Below, piece after piece: positions 1-13,827 of a stretch of DNA of 64,000 bases. The notes beneath the pieces were generated by a model that had not been told where the DNA came from, did no database searches, and was given only the letters and a program-made list of their open reading frames with translations. The position numbers and the translations under genes were made by a program. Where the stretch lies: contig OZ336883.1 in assembly GCA_965287045.1 (NCBI GenBank), positions 80,228,001 through 80,292,000 on the forward strand, written 5' to 3'. Source of the stretch: Carcharhinus amblyrhynchos (Eukaryota). Numbering within the stretch: the first letter of the stretch is position 1; each line of letters starts with the position of its first letter.

Positions 1-2054
1 AATGAGGGGCCTCCAACAGTAACAACATTCCCTCAGGGGTCGTTTATTTCTTGAGACAATTACTACAACTCTGTACTTATCTTTACAGAATTTATATTAC
101 TGCAAATTATTGATAATGTGAATTAAGCTAATTATTAAGAATGGATCTGGCTAAGAATTAAAGTAGTATTGCTTCAGGGAATAGTTCAAGCCATATTATT
201 AGTACACAATCAAAGTCAACATAGCGTTAATTTTCACTTATCTTTACATTTCCAAATTCAGAGATGAGGAGACACTTTACAGATACTGGTGTGACGTGCT
301 GTGGACAAGATAGAGTGAAGAGAAGTGACTGAGAGAATCCTTTACATGAGGTTTGCTGTAGCGATTGAAAAATGAAATAGTGGTTCGTAATAATGATTAG
401 TATGTATTCAACATGTTAAAGTATCAGAGTCTACTGTCTATCACTGATAGAATGGCCAACACACTGTGATATTAATGATTTTTCTTATGCAGTCAGCTTC
501 TTCCAGGTACTAGGGGGTGATTTCTCACATGTTCCAGTCCACTAGCTGTGGAGAATATGTTTTGAGGACAGTTAATTAGATCCATTTCCTCAGTCATTCG
601 AAAGTAGATGAACACACTATTTTTCAGGACTGAGACATGTCTTGCTTTGGAATTGAAATGTGATAACCCTGTTTCCTCTTGTTAATATTTCATCTAACAT
701 TAATCTGGCCTGGGCCATGGAACCATTGTTTAAGTTCTTGAGAAATGAAAGACAGTGAGGATGACCACTTCATACCAGCATTGTTGGAATAATATTTGGA
801 ATGCAAAGTATCAGGTTTAAAACTCTCATCACAAAAATAAAATAATGTGGAATTCTGAGACAATGTGAACCAACAAAAAAATCTCTAAAACCTCCTGTTT
901 AAGCTCAACCCAATGAAGAAGGAGAATGTGGCCATTTAGATGAATTCATTCAGGTCAAGGTAACAAACTGGCACCATTCAAACAATGTTTAATGTGATTT
1001 TAGAAGATATGTGTTGGGTAAACCACATTTATTATGTATTTATAATATCCTTGGCCTGGTGCTAACAGAATATTCAGAGAGGTAAGGGAGTGCTAACTTT
1101 ATTCGGAAACAACTTCTTTGTGGCTTCACCTCATCATGAAATTCAACAAGATCACAAGATAATGCATCACTTCCTGTCATGACATGTTCTTTCTCATCGC
1201 CAGATCAGTTAGAATTAATCCTTTATACGATGGTATTCAGTAACATATGTGTATTTAGGTATTTACCTAGCTGGTTGTCTTTGTGACACTTGTTATGCTT
1301 AGGGCATTGTTAGTTTAGGGAACTGGTACATCTAGTTCCAAACTGAGGTTGTGAAATAGAAATAATAAACAAGTCAGCAAGTAATAGTTGTTGTTTGGGT
1401 TCAGAACATTTCATTACACCAAAAGCAAGGTATAAATGCAGATTATTGCTGTTGACACACAGCCTAAAGGACATTAAGGGTTTATCTTGTCTCACAGCAA
1501 GGCACATTAGTTTATACTGACACCTCAGGGGATGTGTAGATTGTATTTGACACCACCACAGGCAGGCACCAGTCTGACCAGAAAAGCCTCATTCTGGGTA
1601 AACTGTTGCAAGTCTATTTGTACAGTACAGGATCCTGCAGAGTCAACTAGGTGATGATCAGAATAGTCCCAAACAGTTTGAATATCTGTTTTTTAATTAT
1701 TCTATTTTTTCTCTTCACTCTCGTGTTGAAGGCGCCATTCAATGAAGATCCATTCCCATCTGTTCCCTCATTCCAATAGCCCACTTCCAATGGTTATTTA
1801 GACATCATTGTCAAGCTCTATTCTGATTTTCACACACTGAGGTCACTGGGATAGCCAGCTGAAGTTATGGCTAACTCTCCTCCCTTAATCCAAGGATATT
1901 GGAGCCAGTGCGTGGACTCTTCAGTGTCCCGGCTAAGATTAATTCACTTGCTGGAGTCAATCTCATGACCTTTCTGATTGATATGATTCAGGAATTTTCT
2001 GGGAAAGTATGTAAAGCCAGGCTTAGATCTTAATCTTAAACACAATAAAGATTA

Positions 2055-2240
2055 CAGAACAGTACAGAACATAGAACAGTACAGCACAGGAACAGGCCCT
2101 TCGGCCCATGATGCTGTGCTGAATATGAAGCCAAATTAAACCATTCTCTTCTGCCTGCCCTTGGTCCATATCCCTCTGGAGATTCCTTGCATATTCATGT
2201 ACTTATCTAAAAGCCCCGCAAATGCCCCTATGGTATCAGC
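2055..2240 (-). mobile_element. CR1 LINE 3' tail fragment
   Basis: agaacatagaacagtacagcacaggaacaggcccttcggccc is the reverse complement of the CR1 3' hairpin and microsatellite tail. Confidence 0.75.
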
Positions 2241-3479
2241 CTGCACACGGTAATATTTACATGTAGAAATACTAACCTTACAGGCAAATATTTGGTAAAT
2301 CCATGACGCCAACCCAGCTACAACATAAATTATCTCCAAGTAAAATCATCTCTAACTTCCAGGAAGCAAAGTCTCTGTCTTTGGTATGTTCGGGCGTAGC
2401 TGGTTAGTGAAACGTCCATTTTATGTTGTCACCAGCAGTGACTTGTTGAGAATGGTTCTGTTTATGTGATTGGAAAGTTCTTTCTACATAATCATCATTT
2501 AAAGCGCCTGGTGGTTCTGGGTAGGATAATTCCCTGTGTTTTTCATCCCTGATTCACAATGGCTCTCAATGATTAACTCATTCTTTGTAGTAATCAACTT
2601 AGCAAAGAAATCACCTGACAATATTTGATTGTTATCTGATGTATAATTCAAAAAGTTTATTTGTAAAAGTTTTGGCCTCAGCTTCAACATTCTAAATCTA
2701 GGAGTTATGTAATTTAAAATAACAGGCCTCATTCTTTCCCATGAGTGCTTCTTACAATAACCTCTTACTTAACACCTATTACAATATAAAACTTGTTGTT
2801 GACGGGGCGATTTAGTGGCGCTGATTGTTATGAAGTTAGCAACAGATATAATTTCTGAGGCTTGACGGCTGGAATATGATAAAAGATTCATTAGTTTTCT
2901 GTCTTTGTCCTCATCAGGTACAGAATAAAACTTGAATTTTCTGTTTACACAGTAACAAGTTGATATTGAAAATGTTCCATCTGATTTTGTTCTACAATTA
3001 AAGAGACGGTTTTATACATTTAAAACGGAATGCTTGATGGATGTTATCGCTAAAAAATGTGGTTGGTTCAATGACCACAAGATGGCAGAAGATACTTGCA
3101 CTGCCAGATGTTTAGTGTCAGCTGGTTGGTGAGATATGGCCTTCACCATTTATATTCTGTGGAGAGAACAGATTTTACTTTATACACGAGGTACTCTGTC
3201 TCAAAATAAAATATTGATAGAATTCTTCTGATCACTGCCCTGTTCTTCATTTGTGCCACTTACATTTCTGTAATATCATTGCTATGATGGTGTAGAAATA
3301 GATAAGATTAAACATAAATGAAGGAATCCAGTTTGGGATTCAATATGTATAAGCTGCATAAAGCATCGCTCGGAGGGTTCAGGATATCTGAGCCCTTGGT
3401 CAGGTCACGTATAATCATAGAATTCCTACTGTGCAGAAGCCCATCGAGCCTGCGCCAACAACAATCCCACGTTCAATGT

Positions 3480-4093
3480 CAGCATTCATTTCTAGATGGC
3501 TAGAATACAGAAGCAGGGATGTACTGCTGAGACTAGAAAAGGCTCTAGTCAGATCCTATTTTGAATATTGTGAGCAGTTTTAGGCCCCATACATAAGGAA
3601 GGATGTACTGGCCTTGGAGATGGTCCAGAGGAGGTTCACAAGAATGATCCCGGGAACGAAGGGTTTGTCATATGAGGAGTGTTTGAGGACTCTGGGCCTA
3701 TATTCTGTGGAGTTTAGAAAGATGAGGGGGGGATCTAATTGAAACTTACAGGATACTGAGAGGCCTGGATAGAGAGGATGCAGAGAGTATTTTTCTACTA
3801 GTGGAAAGACTAGAGCTCGAGGGCACAGCCTCAGAGTAAAGGGGTGTTCCTTTAAAACAGAGATGAGGAATTTCTTCAGCCAGAGAATGGTGAATGTGTG
3901 GAACTATTGTCACAGAGGGCTGTGGAGGCCAGGTCACTGAGTATCTTTTAGACAGAGATAAATAGGTTGTTGATCAATAAGGGGTTCAAGGTAATGCGGA
4001 GAAGGCAGGAGAATGGGGATGAGAATTATATCAGCCATGGGGGAGATTGATAGGCTGAATGGCCTCATTCTGCTTCCATATCTTGTGGTCTAT
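3480..4093 (+). mobile_element. CR1 LINE 3' fragment
   Basis: Degenerate ORF2 C-terminus (RKDVLALE.VQRRFTRMIP...RGHSL) followed by the 3' tail. Confidence 0.85.
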
Positions 4094-4136
4094 GTTTTTA
4101 TTTGAGCTCTTGGTTCAGTCGCATAGAAGCAAAGAT

Positions 4137-4418
4137 TCCCTAAAGTGCAGAAAGAGGCCATCTGGTCCATTGAGGCTGCACTGATAACAATCCCACCCTG
4201 GTCCTATCCTTGTAACCCCAAGTATTTACCCTGCTAATCCCCCCGACACTGAAGGGAAATTTAGCATGGCCAATCCACCTAACCTGCACATCTTTGGAGG
4301 GTGGGAGGAAACCCAGGCAGACACAGGGAGAATGTGCAAGCGCTACATAGATAGTCACCCTTGGCGAAAGCAAACCCAGGTCTCTGGCACTGTGAATCTC
4401 ATCACTGTGCCACCATAC
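4137..4418 (-). mobile_element. V-SINE (HE1-like) with CR1-type tail
   Basis: V-domain core (gcacattctccctgtgtctgcctgggtttcc; gattggccatgctaaatt on minus) and a CR1-like tail. Confidence 0.8.
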
Positions 4419-7400
4419 CATATATGGTGCCTATAATTTTTCAGTATTGTTACGTTAATGAATACTTAGGAATAAATCCACTCCAAAAAAACCTTTTAGA
4501 TTCCTCCAGGAAAGTTGAAGAGGTGGAGACGAGAATGTACGCAACAAAACATCCTACCTCAAAAATAGAATTCATTGTCATGTGACCTTTTAAAATGAAG
4601 CTATCCATTAAACCTGTGATAATACTGGCTCAATTGTTCAAATAAGCTGAATTATTCCAGCATTTTGGTTGGTCTAATGATGCTTATAGCAGTGTCGTTC
4701 TTATCACTGTAAGCAGAAAGCTTAGTGTTTATGATGAATTGAAAGCTGAAGTTGCACTCAGCTGTGTTAAGTGGTAACTTGTCTCTGAGTTTTTTTTCCA
4801 GTAATGTATCTGCTCTGTGCTTAAAGTCACCTTTCAATGATGAAGCAGTTGGTTTTATTTGGTTTCGAAGCAATCATCCACACTCTATAGTTCGATCAGC
4901 AGAAACTGCTTTTTTTTAGTGATGTTTTTTGACTCATTAAAGCCAGGAATATTTGTGCTCGGAAATATAACACTTTTCCCATTTCAGTCCCCTTTGCCAA
5001 GATGAAGTAATTTGAGTTTGAGGCTTCAATGGTTAGAGACAAAGTGAAGGTCTCTGCTCTCCAAGCATTGATGTGCTGTCACCGCATTATATCAGGAAAA
5101 TACCCCAACTGCAAAGTGACATCTCCGATTTCCACAATAACAGAAATAAGTGGGATTGTGGGGTTATTTTATGATCATTTGTACACACTTAGACTTGGAG
5201 TGATTTTAAAGATTAGTTAAATTCTCCATTCTTTACTATTGATCTGGATTAAAACCAAATCCTAAATGAGAAATGAAAAGTGTTGATCGATTTCCAGCTT
5301 GGTGACTCTTTACATCAACCAGTGGACACTCACCCTTGATTTCACCCCAATGATTAACACTGAGCAACAGAGGACAGGAGGGTACCACACCCTGGATGTG
5401 TGCTCAAATAGCTGATCTCCACCAGAATGGTAGCAGGACTGAGACAGTTAGCCTCAATATTCCTGGCTTGAGAGAAGGATTCAGTCAGTTCCCTGTGGAT
5501 TACTTGCCTTTGTCCAATAAAGTTAGCACGTGCACTAATTGTGTGTAATGCAATAGTCATTTTTGGAATTTTTTAAAATAAAAACTTTGCTGTTGCTCAC
5601 CCCTCATTCCTCACAACAAAAAGGTCCTTCAACCTTGACTCAATGTAGGAATGAATTTTGCCCTTTGACCTTCAGCGGGTGAAGCCAGTTTCTACCCAGA
5701 ATTGCTGCATTATTCCAACAATACGATAAGGTGGATGTGAAAGTTAATACTAACATTCCATTGGCAGTAAATGATAACCACAACAAAATGCAATGGCACA
5801 AAATGAACAAACTACATGGCACTGTTTAGCGTAGGGATTGCTCCCTTCATAAAACAATCCAGAACATTCTTCAGAGGTGCAGGAAATATGTTCTTTATGA
5901 TATTGAGCAGTAATTACATTTTAATATTTAATATTCATTTATAATAGTGAACAGTATCAGTTCCTGGTAGTTGCTACAAGTCAAATCCCTAAAATCTTAC
6001 TGATCAGATCTTATTTGAATCACTCATTTTGATGAATAAAATTCCTGAGGTCACAATTATTATTCAAGTTTAGATGCAATAGAGATATTGTTTTTTTCAT
6101 ATGGGAGTAATGGTTCCAAATCATTCAGATTTAGGTAGTGGATCAGTGAGTTGTGTTAGCAAGGAGAGTGTCTACAACAGTTGCTGATCTGGGCTGAGTG
6201 AGGTATTCTCAATTATTGGTCCATTGGCTCCTGTATCGGGGAAGGAAGCACTTTCCTGCTGGATTGGTTAGAATGGTCTAAATGTCTGTGTGTGGATAGG
6301 ATAGACCTGGCTGCAATCTCCCTCTAGTTCCAGAACCTGCATGCACACATGTCAAGCAATGGAGAACCAGTGTCCTTCTGAAAACTGTCAGAGACTGAGG
6401 CAATTCCTCAGAAATCGGAATGTGTAGAATAAAACCATTTCATAATGTCATATTAATATTCAGAGCTTTGAAAGCTGCTGTCTTTGTCTGATTGTATATC
6501 AGTGAAACACTTTGGGACTTTTTACAGTTCCAGCATGCTATAAATCCAAGTAACTATCATTTCTTCAGAATTTAGTTACATCCTAGTTTTGGCCAGAATG
6601 GCCACATATCGTATTCATACAAGACTTGATTCTGTTGGTCATGTTGTTGTAAATATATATTTTGCACCTTTATAAATATTGCCTGGCTGCAACTTTTCTT
6701 GAAGCAAGCAAATGTACTGCATGATTAATTTTTTTGAGACTACTATCAGACATATTTTTCCCATTTTGAATTAAGCACCCTGAGTGCAGAGATTTTCTCT
6801 GTCAGAAACAAATTGGCAGTGTAACATCTATTCACATATTGCTTTCTCTCACTAAGTGAAATTGTCCTCTAATGGCATCCAAGAACCCTTGTGGAGAACC
6901 AGATTGTCCCACTGGCTCCTTACTGCCAACTGAATCCACATTGAGCAGAGAAATTCGGAGGGAGAGCTGGGAGGAAGCTTATTTTAGTTTTAGGAAATTT
7001 AGGCTGTTCAACATTGATTTCAACTCTCCTGAAATAATTTTTTTAAAAAAACTTTAGCTTGGGTTTAAAACAAATATCTGGCAATCAGCTGGTGTTGCAT
7101 AAGGGGAGGAGAAAAAAACATATGTTTATTTTCATTAATTTTGCTTGAGAACTCTGTGAGGTGCAGTAAATGTTGGAGAGAATCTCTTCCGCTTCCTTTC
7201 CTGGCTGTTGCTCATAACACACACACACGTACACAGTTACACTGAAATCACACCCAACTGCACTGCCAACAGGAATATTTGAATGGAATCAGTGCAAAAC
7301 AAAAGAAAAGTGTGTGTATATAATAAAATTGCTGTTTGTTTTTCTTCAGGCTTACAGTAAACATTAAAATGATCTTGCAATGTTCAAACACCCACATTTG

Positions 7401-10400
7401 TTCTGGCTTTGGGCTGTTTATTTTTAATCGAGATTGATCATATTTTGTGCTGACACTCAAAAGTTTCAACAGAAAACAGGCTCTCAACTTCCACATTCAA
7501 CAAGAAGCATCTGTAAAATTCCTCAGTAGCCTGAAGTGATGGAATGAGCAAAGAGGCTGCCCTCACACTTGAAGATATCAATGTAGATCTTACAGGAGTT
7601 TGACTTTTGGCATAAACGTACAGTTAGATTACAAGGATATTATTCAAACAGACTCCAGCCTCCATGACTGTTTCAGGGCAGCCTGACAAATAATGGATGT
7701 CACGGTTCTGGAGATTCCTGCTGCTTTTCCTGAAGTGATTGTGCTTTCAAAGTGTTACTAATGGGAAGGTTGAACGAAAAGGAAGTCAATTGCTTCACTC
7801 TATACTCCAAGAAATGTGGTGAACCTCAACAGCAGTTAAACTAACATCTATTTATACACTACCTTCACCCTCAATGCTGATATGAAAGAAGCACAGTTCC
7901 ATCTCTCATGGAAGGTTGTCATGTGTATGTGATGTAACACTATTTTTACAGCAATTATCAAAAATCCAGCGATTAAGTATTATTTATTGAGCTTGTTGTA
8001 TGCAGAGCTTTCCACTTTACTGCGTGAGGTCAAATATTAAGTCGTGCAGGTTTGATATTTTTGTGGCAGCAATCTAATATTTCAAAACTTACATGATGTT
8101 ATCTTTGATTGTTGTGAATTTCCTGGTGATGGATCCTGACTAATAGCCTGCAGGGTCTTCACCAGTGTTACAGCTCTTTCTTTAAACTGACACATGTCAA
8201 TAATTGCCTTATCCATCTAAATGTAATTATTTAATAATCCATTTTAAACTTTGTAAAGATTCTGGAAAGCAAAGCAGAAATCCAAGTGAGAAGGATTAAT
8301 ATCCAATCAAAAATGACTGCAGATTTTGACAGAAGGTTACATTAGATAACAAGCATCACTTCCAATCACTTAAAAATCTCAAAAATGGAGATATACATAC
8401 AGTGGCTTTCATTATTATCATTTATCCAGATGAAGTATTTGAGTAAGTTACTTATTACACAGAATCAAGCATAAATTCCAGTAATACTTTCATGAACATA
8501 ACACTACATTTAACTCAAAGAAACACGTCCAATATTTAACTTAAAATAAATAAACCTGACATAAATAGAAATGGTGCACAATTAAATTCAAAAAACCCTA
8601 CTCCATCACGTTCTGAGTTTCAGGGTTTAAATGTCAATTCTTGATGACCAGTCATACCCACATTTCTATTAAGGTTTTAATTTTATATGTAATTATGGCA
8701 ATAATATTTGGTGATGGTTTATAAATCAGTTAAAATTGTACTTGAGATTTACAAATTATTTAGATCATACTGCTCATCAGATCAGACAAGTAAAAAAAAA
8801 TTCCATGAACATGCTCTGACGTTGACATTTTAAAAGATACAAGTGATAAAATACCCCGTGGCTAGCATGAAGAAAAAAATACAGAAAATGTCAAGTCTGC
8901 CTGGAACTTTGGCTGTGATACGATTACTTGAGTGTTATCTGACTTGGCTGTGTTTGCAGACATTCTCACATCTCATAATGTGGTGCAGCCATTTAGTAAC
9001 CCAGTCCAGCTGAATAAATTGTAAATATAAAGATACCCAACAGAGGCTGAGTGACTAACTATGGTGCATCATTCTCGTCCCCAAAATCAGAATATTGAAT
9101 CATTTACAAGCAGCATTGATTCAGATGCAATCAGAAGTTTTAATATTGATTGAGGTTATGCATTATCAGTTGAATTTTGATGAGTGGTGCAGAGAAGCCA
9201 TGTTCATGTTCACAATCATAGTTTTTATAAGTCATGCCTCACCTTTCTCCTTGGCTGCCATTTTGAAATTCTGTGTTAGTATTTAATATTATCTGTTACT
9301 TTATACTACACATAATCAACATGTTTGTATGTAAGGGGTGTGTATTTTCTTACCTTCAGAGATAAACAATTAAAGCAGAAGTTTTTTATGAGTTTTAAAA
9401 TAACAAAGATTATTTATTGTCACACACGTGTTCCAGATGTTTGTAATGTGATGTGTCACTTACTTTATCACACATACAAAATTTAGATACAGGTAAAGGT
9501 AAAACAATAGACCATAAGACATAGCATCAGAATTAGGCCACTCAGTGTACCGAGTCTGCTCCACCATTGCATCATGACTGAACGTAACTATAACTTATAA
9601 TTATCTCAATCTTTTTCATGGCAGGCTTGTAGTTTCTTAGATAAGTTGATGTTTTAGGTCAAGTGAAAATCTTGAAAAGCAGAAGATTCTCAGTAAGCTG
9701 TAAGACTTCCTGTAGTTGGTCCCTTCAGGAGATTGGTTCTCAAGTAAGCCTCAAGTTGTAACAGGTTGAGGAGCGTCCTCATGAGCTCCCACTTTTAAGG
9801 TATTTCTGCTTATGACCATAGCTGGTTGGATGATTTTCAGCTAGTTTGATGGCTTTGTGATCGAACTTCCTCCTGTAGGACAGTCTCTGCTAGAAAGAAT
9901 GACAGCCCATCATGCCATGTGACCCTTTTCAAATCCAAAGTCCTTTTCTAGATAGGATGGGTGGTTAGATTGATTATACATCCTGAATTATGGAGTTCAC
10001 GCCTTTAAGATTTAAGAGAGTTGTATTTGGAAGAGCATTCAATTGAGAAAAGCCTTTGGGATTAGTTTTAAGGACTGGCATTGAGTCAATATCAGCCTAA
10101 AAGATCCCTTTTGTTCCCTCTTGAGACAGAGGAGTTGTTCCAGTCCACTAGTGGAGGTAGCTGATTCTCAGACAACCATCATTTTGTGATCAAGTTTAAA
10201 ATATAAAAATGATTTTGATGTTCAGCATACACTGGGACATGAATTATACGAGGTATAAATTTATTCAATTAATGTGAGAACTATGAAGCTTATCTAAATA
10301 TGGATGTGCTATAAATTTGTATCAACTCTGACTTGCTATGAAAGTCAAAGGTTTGAAACGAATTGCGAAGGTATTGATGGCCACTATATGAAAGTAAATC

Positions 10401-10631
10401 CTACGGTTATTGCTTTAGCTCTGGTCATGGAATTTGAAGTGTGAGTCCATTGCTGCAAATTTGCCCCCACGATTTCCACAAATGCAAACTGTGCCATGAG
10501 TGCAAAATATCATGTGATTCGGAAAATGAGAATCTCACTCCCACTGACGCTTTAACAAGGTTCCTGCCTGGGAAGGTTGACAACTTAATCTTAATAAATT
10601 TAAATACAATTAGTGGACTTGCCAGCTGCAT

Positions 10632-10858
10632 CACAGAATCTCTATAACGTAGAAGCAGGTTATTTGGTCTATTGAGTATGCACCAACTCTCTGAAAGAAT
10701 ATCTTACCCAGGCCTTATCCTTGTAACCACACAGATTTACCCTGCTAATTTAGTATGGCCAATCCACCTAATCTGCACATCTTTGGACTGTGGGAAGAGA
10801 TCGGAGCATCCAGAGGAAACCCACGCAGACATGGGCAGAATGTGCAACTCTACACAGA
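10632..10858 (-). mobile_element. V-SINE, 5'-truncated
   Basis: ggaaacccacgcagacatgggcagaatgtgcaactc V-domain signature. Confidence 0.8.
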
Positions 10859-11925
10859 TGTTACTGAATTCATTGGAGTGAAAGTTATAGCCTGGAAATA
10901 TCTGAAGCTTTGCTCATTGGTGATTAATGATGTGTTGTGGGAGGTTTTCATGAGAATGTTGCGCTGTGTCAATAACCACATTGTCATATTTCAGAATGTC
11001 CTCCATCACTTTCCATCGAAAATTGAGAGGAATGTCCTTTTAAAGCTGGGAATTTGGTGATCAAAAAGATGCGCAGTAAGCTCGAAGGATATAGCTGGAT
11101 GATATGCTGGACTGAAGTTAATACTTCTTCATCAGCTGTAAATAATAAGCATATGGTTAGACTCTATCAGCATTTAAAAAACACCTCACACCCTTTGCTT
11201 TTGAAAGGTTTCCTTCCACTATATAAAACAGACTAAAGTTTATGATGTCAACAAATCTAACAGCATTTTCACATTTAGCTTTTGAAATGTTTAGTGTCAC
11301 AACTGCTGAAAGTGTGAGTTATTGACGTCACTGCACAGGATCTGGAACCTGAGTCAATGGGACAAGTAACTTCATATCTCCTTAACCAATCAGGCCAAAG
11401 GAACCTAAAATTAACAGGGCAAAGAGTGAGAAAGAATGTAAAATATAATAAGGAAATTCAACGTCAAATCAGGTTCAGAAAGAGAAGGGAAAAAGGCTGG
11501 ATAAAGAAAGAGAGAAAAGTAAACAGAAAGGAAAATATATATTTTCCTTAAATTTTACATTCTAAAAATCTTTAACAACAATTAAAATGGGAAGGAGTGA
11601 GATTCAACATTTTAATTAGTTAATTTTCAGTGACAGAGATGTCGATTGATGGATATTAACACATTTCGTATTGTTGAAAAGGGTACTTAAGCTCTAACTG
11701 GGATGACTTTAGTTCATGTTTACCACACAAATATCATATTGAATGTATCTCATTGCTGAACTACTGGCTTTACAAAGCTGAACACTGTGATTCAGACAGC
11801 AGTGCTTGGATTTCTCTGGTTAACTATGCATCTGTACCTTGCCTGAAGTTGCATTAGCTTTTGACCCTCAATATCAGTGAGTTCCACTCACCTCACTGTT
11901 ATTTTGTCAGGATATCAGCCAGTAA

Positions 11926-12183
11926 AGATTATTTATTAGTCACAAGTAACGTTTGCATTAACACTCAATGAAGTTACTGTGAAATTCCCCTAGTCACCAC
12001 AGTCCGGTGCCTGTTTGGGTCAATGCACCTAATCAGCATGTCTTTCAGACTGTGGGAGGAAACCCATGCAGACGTGAGGAGAACACGCAAACTCCATACA
12101 GACAATGACCCATGCTAGGAATCGAAACCAGGTCCCTGGCGCTGTGAGGCAGCAGTGCTAACCATTGTGCCACTGTGTCACCA
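11926..12183 (-). mobile_element. V-SINE with alternative tail (type B)
   Basis: tRNA-like head and V core; the tail ends ...cttgtgactaataaataatc on minus. Confidence 0.8.
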
Positions 12184-12255
12184 CAGGACCAAAGTTATAC
12201 AGCAGTCAGAAAGGTTACAACAAAGCCACAGCCCAGTAGCGAATGGTCAACAATG

Positions 12256-12620
12256 TTTTTTTTTAATTCCTCCATGGAACATGAGCATCACTGACTGGCC
12301 AGCATTTATTGCCCATCCCCATTTGCCCTTAGAGGGGGCAGTTGAGAGTCAACCACACTGCTGTGGCTCTGGAGTCACATGTAGGCCAGACCAGGTAAGG
12401 ACGGCAGATTTCCTTCCCGCAAGGACATTAGTGAACCAGACGGGTTTTTACAACAATCAACAATGGTTTCATGGTCATTGTTAGACCTTTAAGTCCAGAA
12501 TTTTTTAAAATTGAATTCAAATTCCACCATCTGCCGTGGCAAGATTTGAACCTGGGTCTCCAGAACATTAGCTGAGTTTCTGGATTAATAGTCTAGTGAT
12601 AATACCCCTAGGCCGTCACG
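12256..12620 (-). mobile_element. Deu-SINE (SacSINE1-like)
   Basis: Deu-domain-like motif gtcacatgtaggccagaccaggtaaggacggcagatttccttccc, B-box-like ggttcaaatc on minus, A-rich tail. Confidence 0.7.
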
Positions 12621-13004
12621 TCTGCTTGCTCCAGGAAGGTGACCCTGCGATGATGTGGAGCAGCATGGTGTGTTTGTACACTGTACGATTATGTGAGGAC
12701 AGGTGTATTGTTTGGATTAGAGAATCTGATCGGAATTGCTATGCTTATATTCAGCTTACTGCAAACAAAACACAGCTTGATTTGTGTCAAAACCCTTCCT
12801 AACAAAATATGTGCTCAGCTGCTTTTAGAAAGATTGTAGAAGTTCCCTTTAAGGAAAATATGGAATCCGGTTCAGATTGCAAGAGAATTCTGTTTGCTAG
12901 CCATTGCATCATTTGATATATATATACAAAATGGTGTAAGAGATTTTGCCAATTAAACGAGCAAAAATAATATAAACTCATCCATTATGTTCGATATGAC
13001 CATC

Positions 13005-13562
13005 ACCAGGATCTTACTGTGGTTCCAGCCAGTGGGATCTTATGGTCTGGCCATCGATACATCCTTATCATGAGTTTCCCACCAGCAAGGGATGCATTCA
13101 CCTGTGATTGCGGTGGGGCTGTCCGATCCTGCCTCCAGTGAGGGGTGCGCTGTTCCCGCCATCGCAATGTACACTGCCAAGGTAGAGAAAAGACCCACCC
13201 CATTTATAGGCTGACTCTTAATTGCTCTCTGAAATGGTCCCTCGTTCAGCTGAGAGGGATGAGTGAGGAATATGCAGCTTGTTAGCGACACTGGCACCCT
13301 GTGAACAGATACAGAGACAAGCATCTGAACTCGGTAAACGTAACATGCAGTATTGTTTCTCATTTGTGAAAATAGCCTGATCAGGGCAGGATTTAAATCA
13401 TTCAAGTAGCTATTTAAACCTCTGAGCTTGAAGAAGGAATAGCAGGGCCAGCCCGCCCACTCCGATTCCGGGGGCGGGCGAGGCTCGGACAACAGGATTC
13501 TATGTTGGCTTCAGGCGGGATCATATGAACCTCGGGGGGACATGCCGGTAAAATCCCGCCCA
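13005..13562. mobile_element. MITE-like non-autonomous element
   Basis: Imperfect terminal inverted repeats (caggatcttact ... ggtaaaatcccgccc), GC/CpG-rich, similar to 27275 and 51903. Confidence 0.45.
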
Positions 13563-13827
13563 GTGTTTAAACGTTCTGGAATTCCTGGAAAACTGTGGTT
13601 GAGATTTTCTGTTCCTGTTTTGGTTGGGCGAGATTGACGACAAGAGTGGCAAATATCTCAAGAAAGTCACTGCTTCCCCCTTTCTGAAGTAACCCATTAA
13701 TTTCTTATCATTCTGTTGTGAGGCAGAAATGTGAGGAGCAAAACAGCCCAGGGCTGCTTAAGACCATAAGACATAGGAGCAGAATTAGGCCAGTCGGCCC
13801 ATCGAGTTTGCTCCACCATTCAATCAT

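Noticed and set aside
1715-6420. Faint ancient SINE-like fragments (~1715-1990, ~5290-5480, ~6130-6420)
   Set aside because: Too degenerate to bound or classify by eye.
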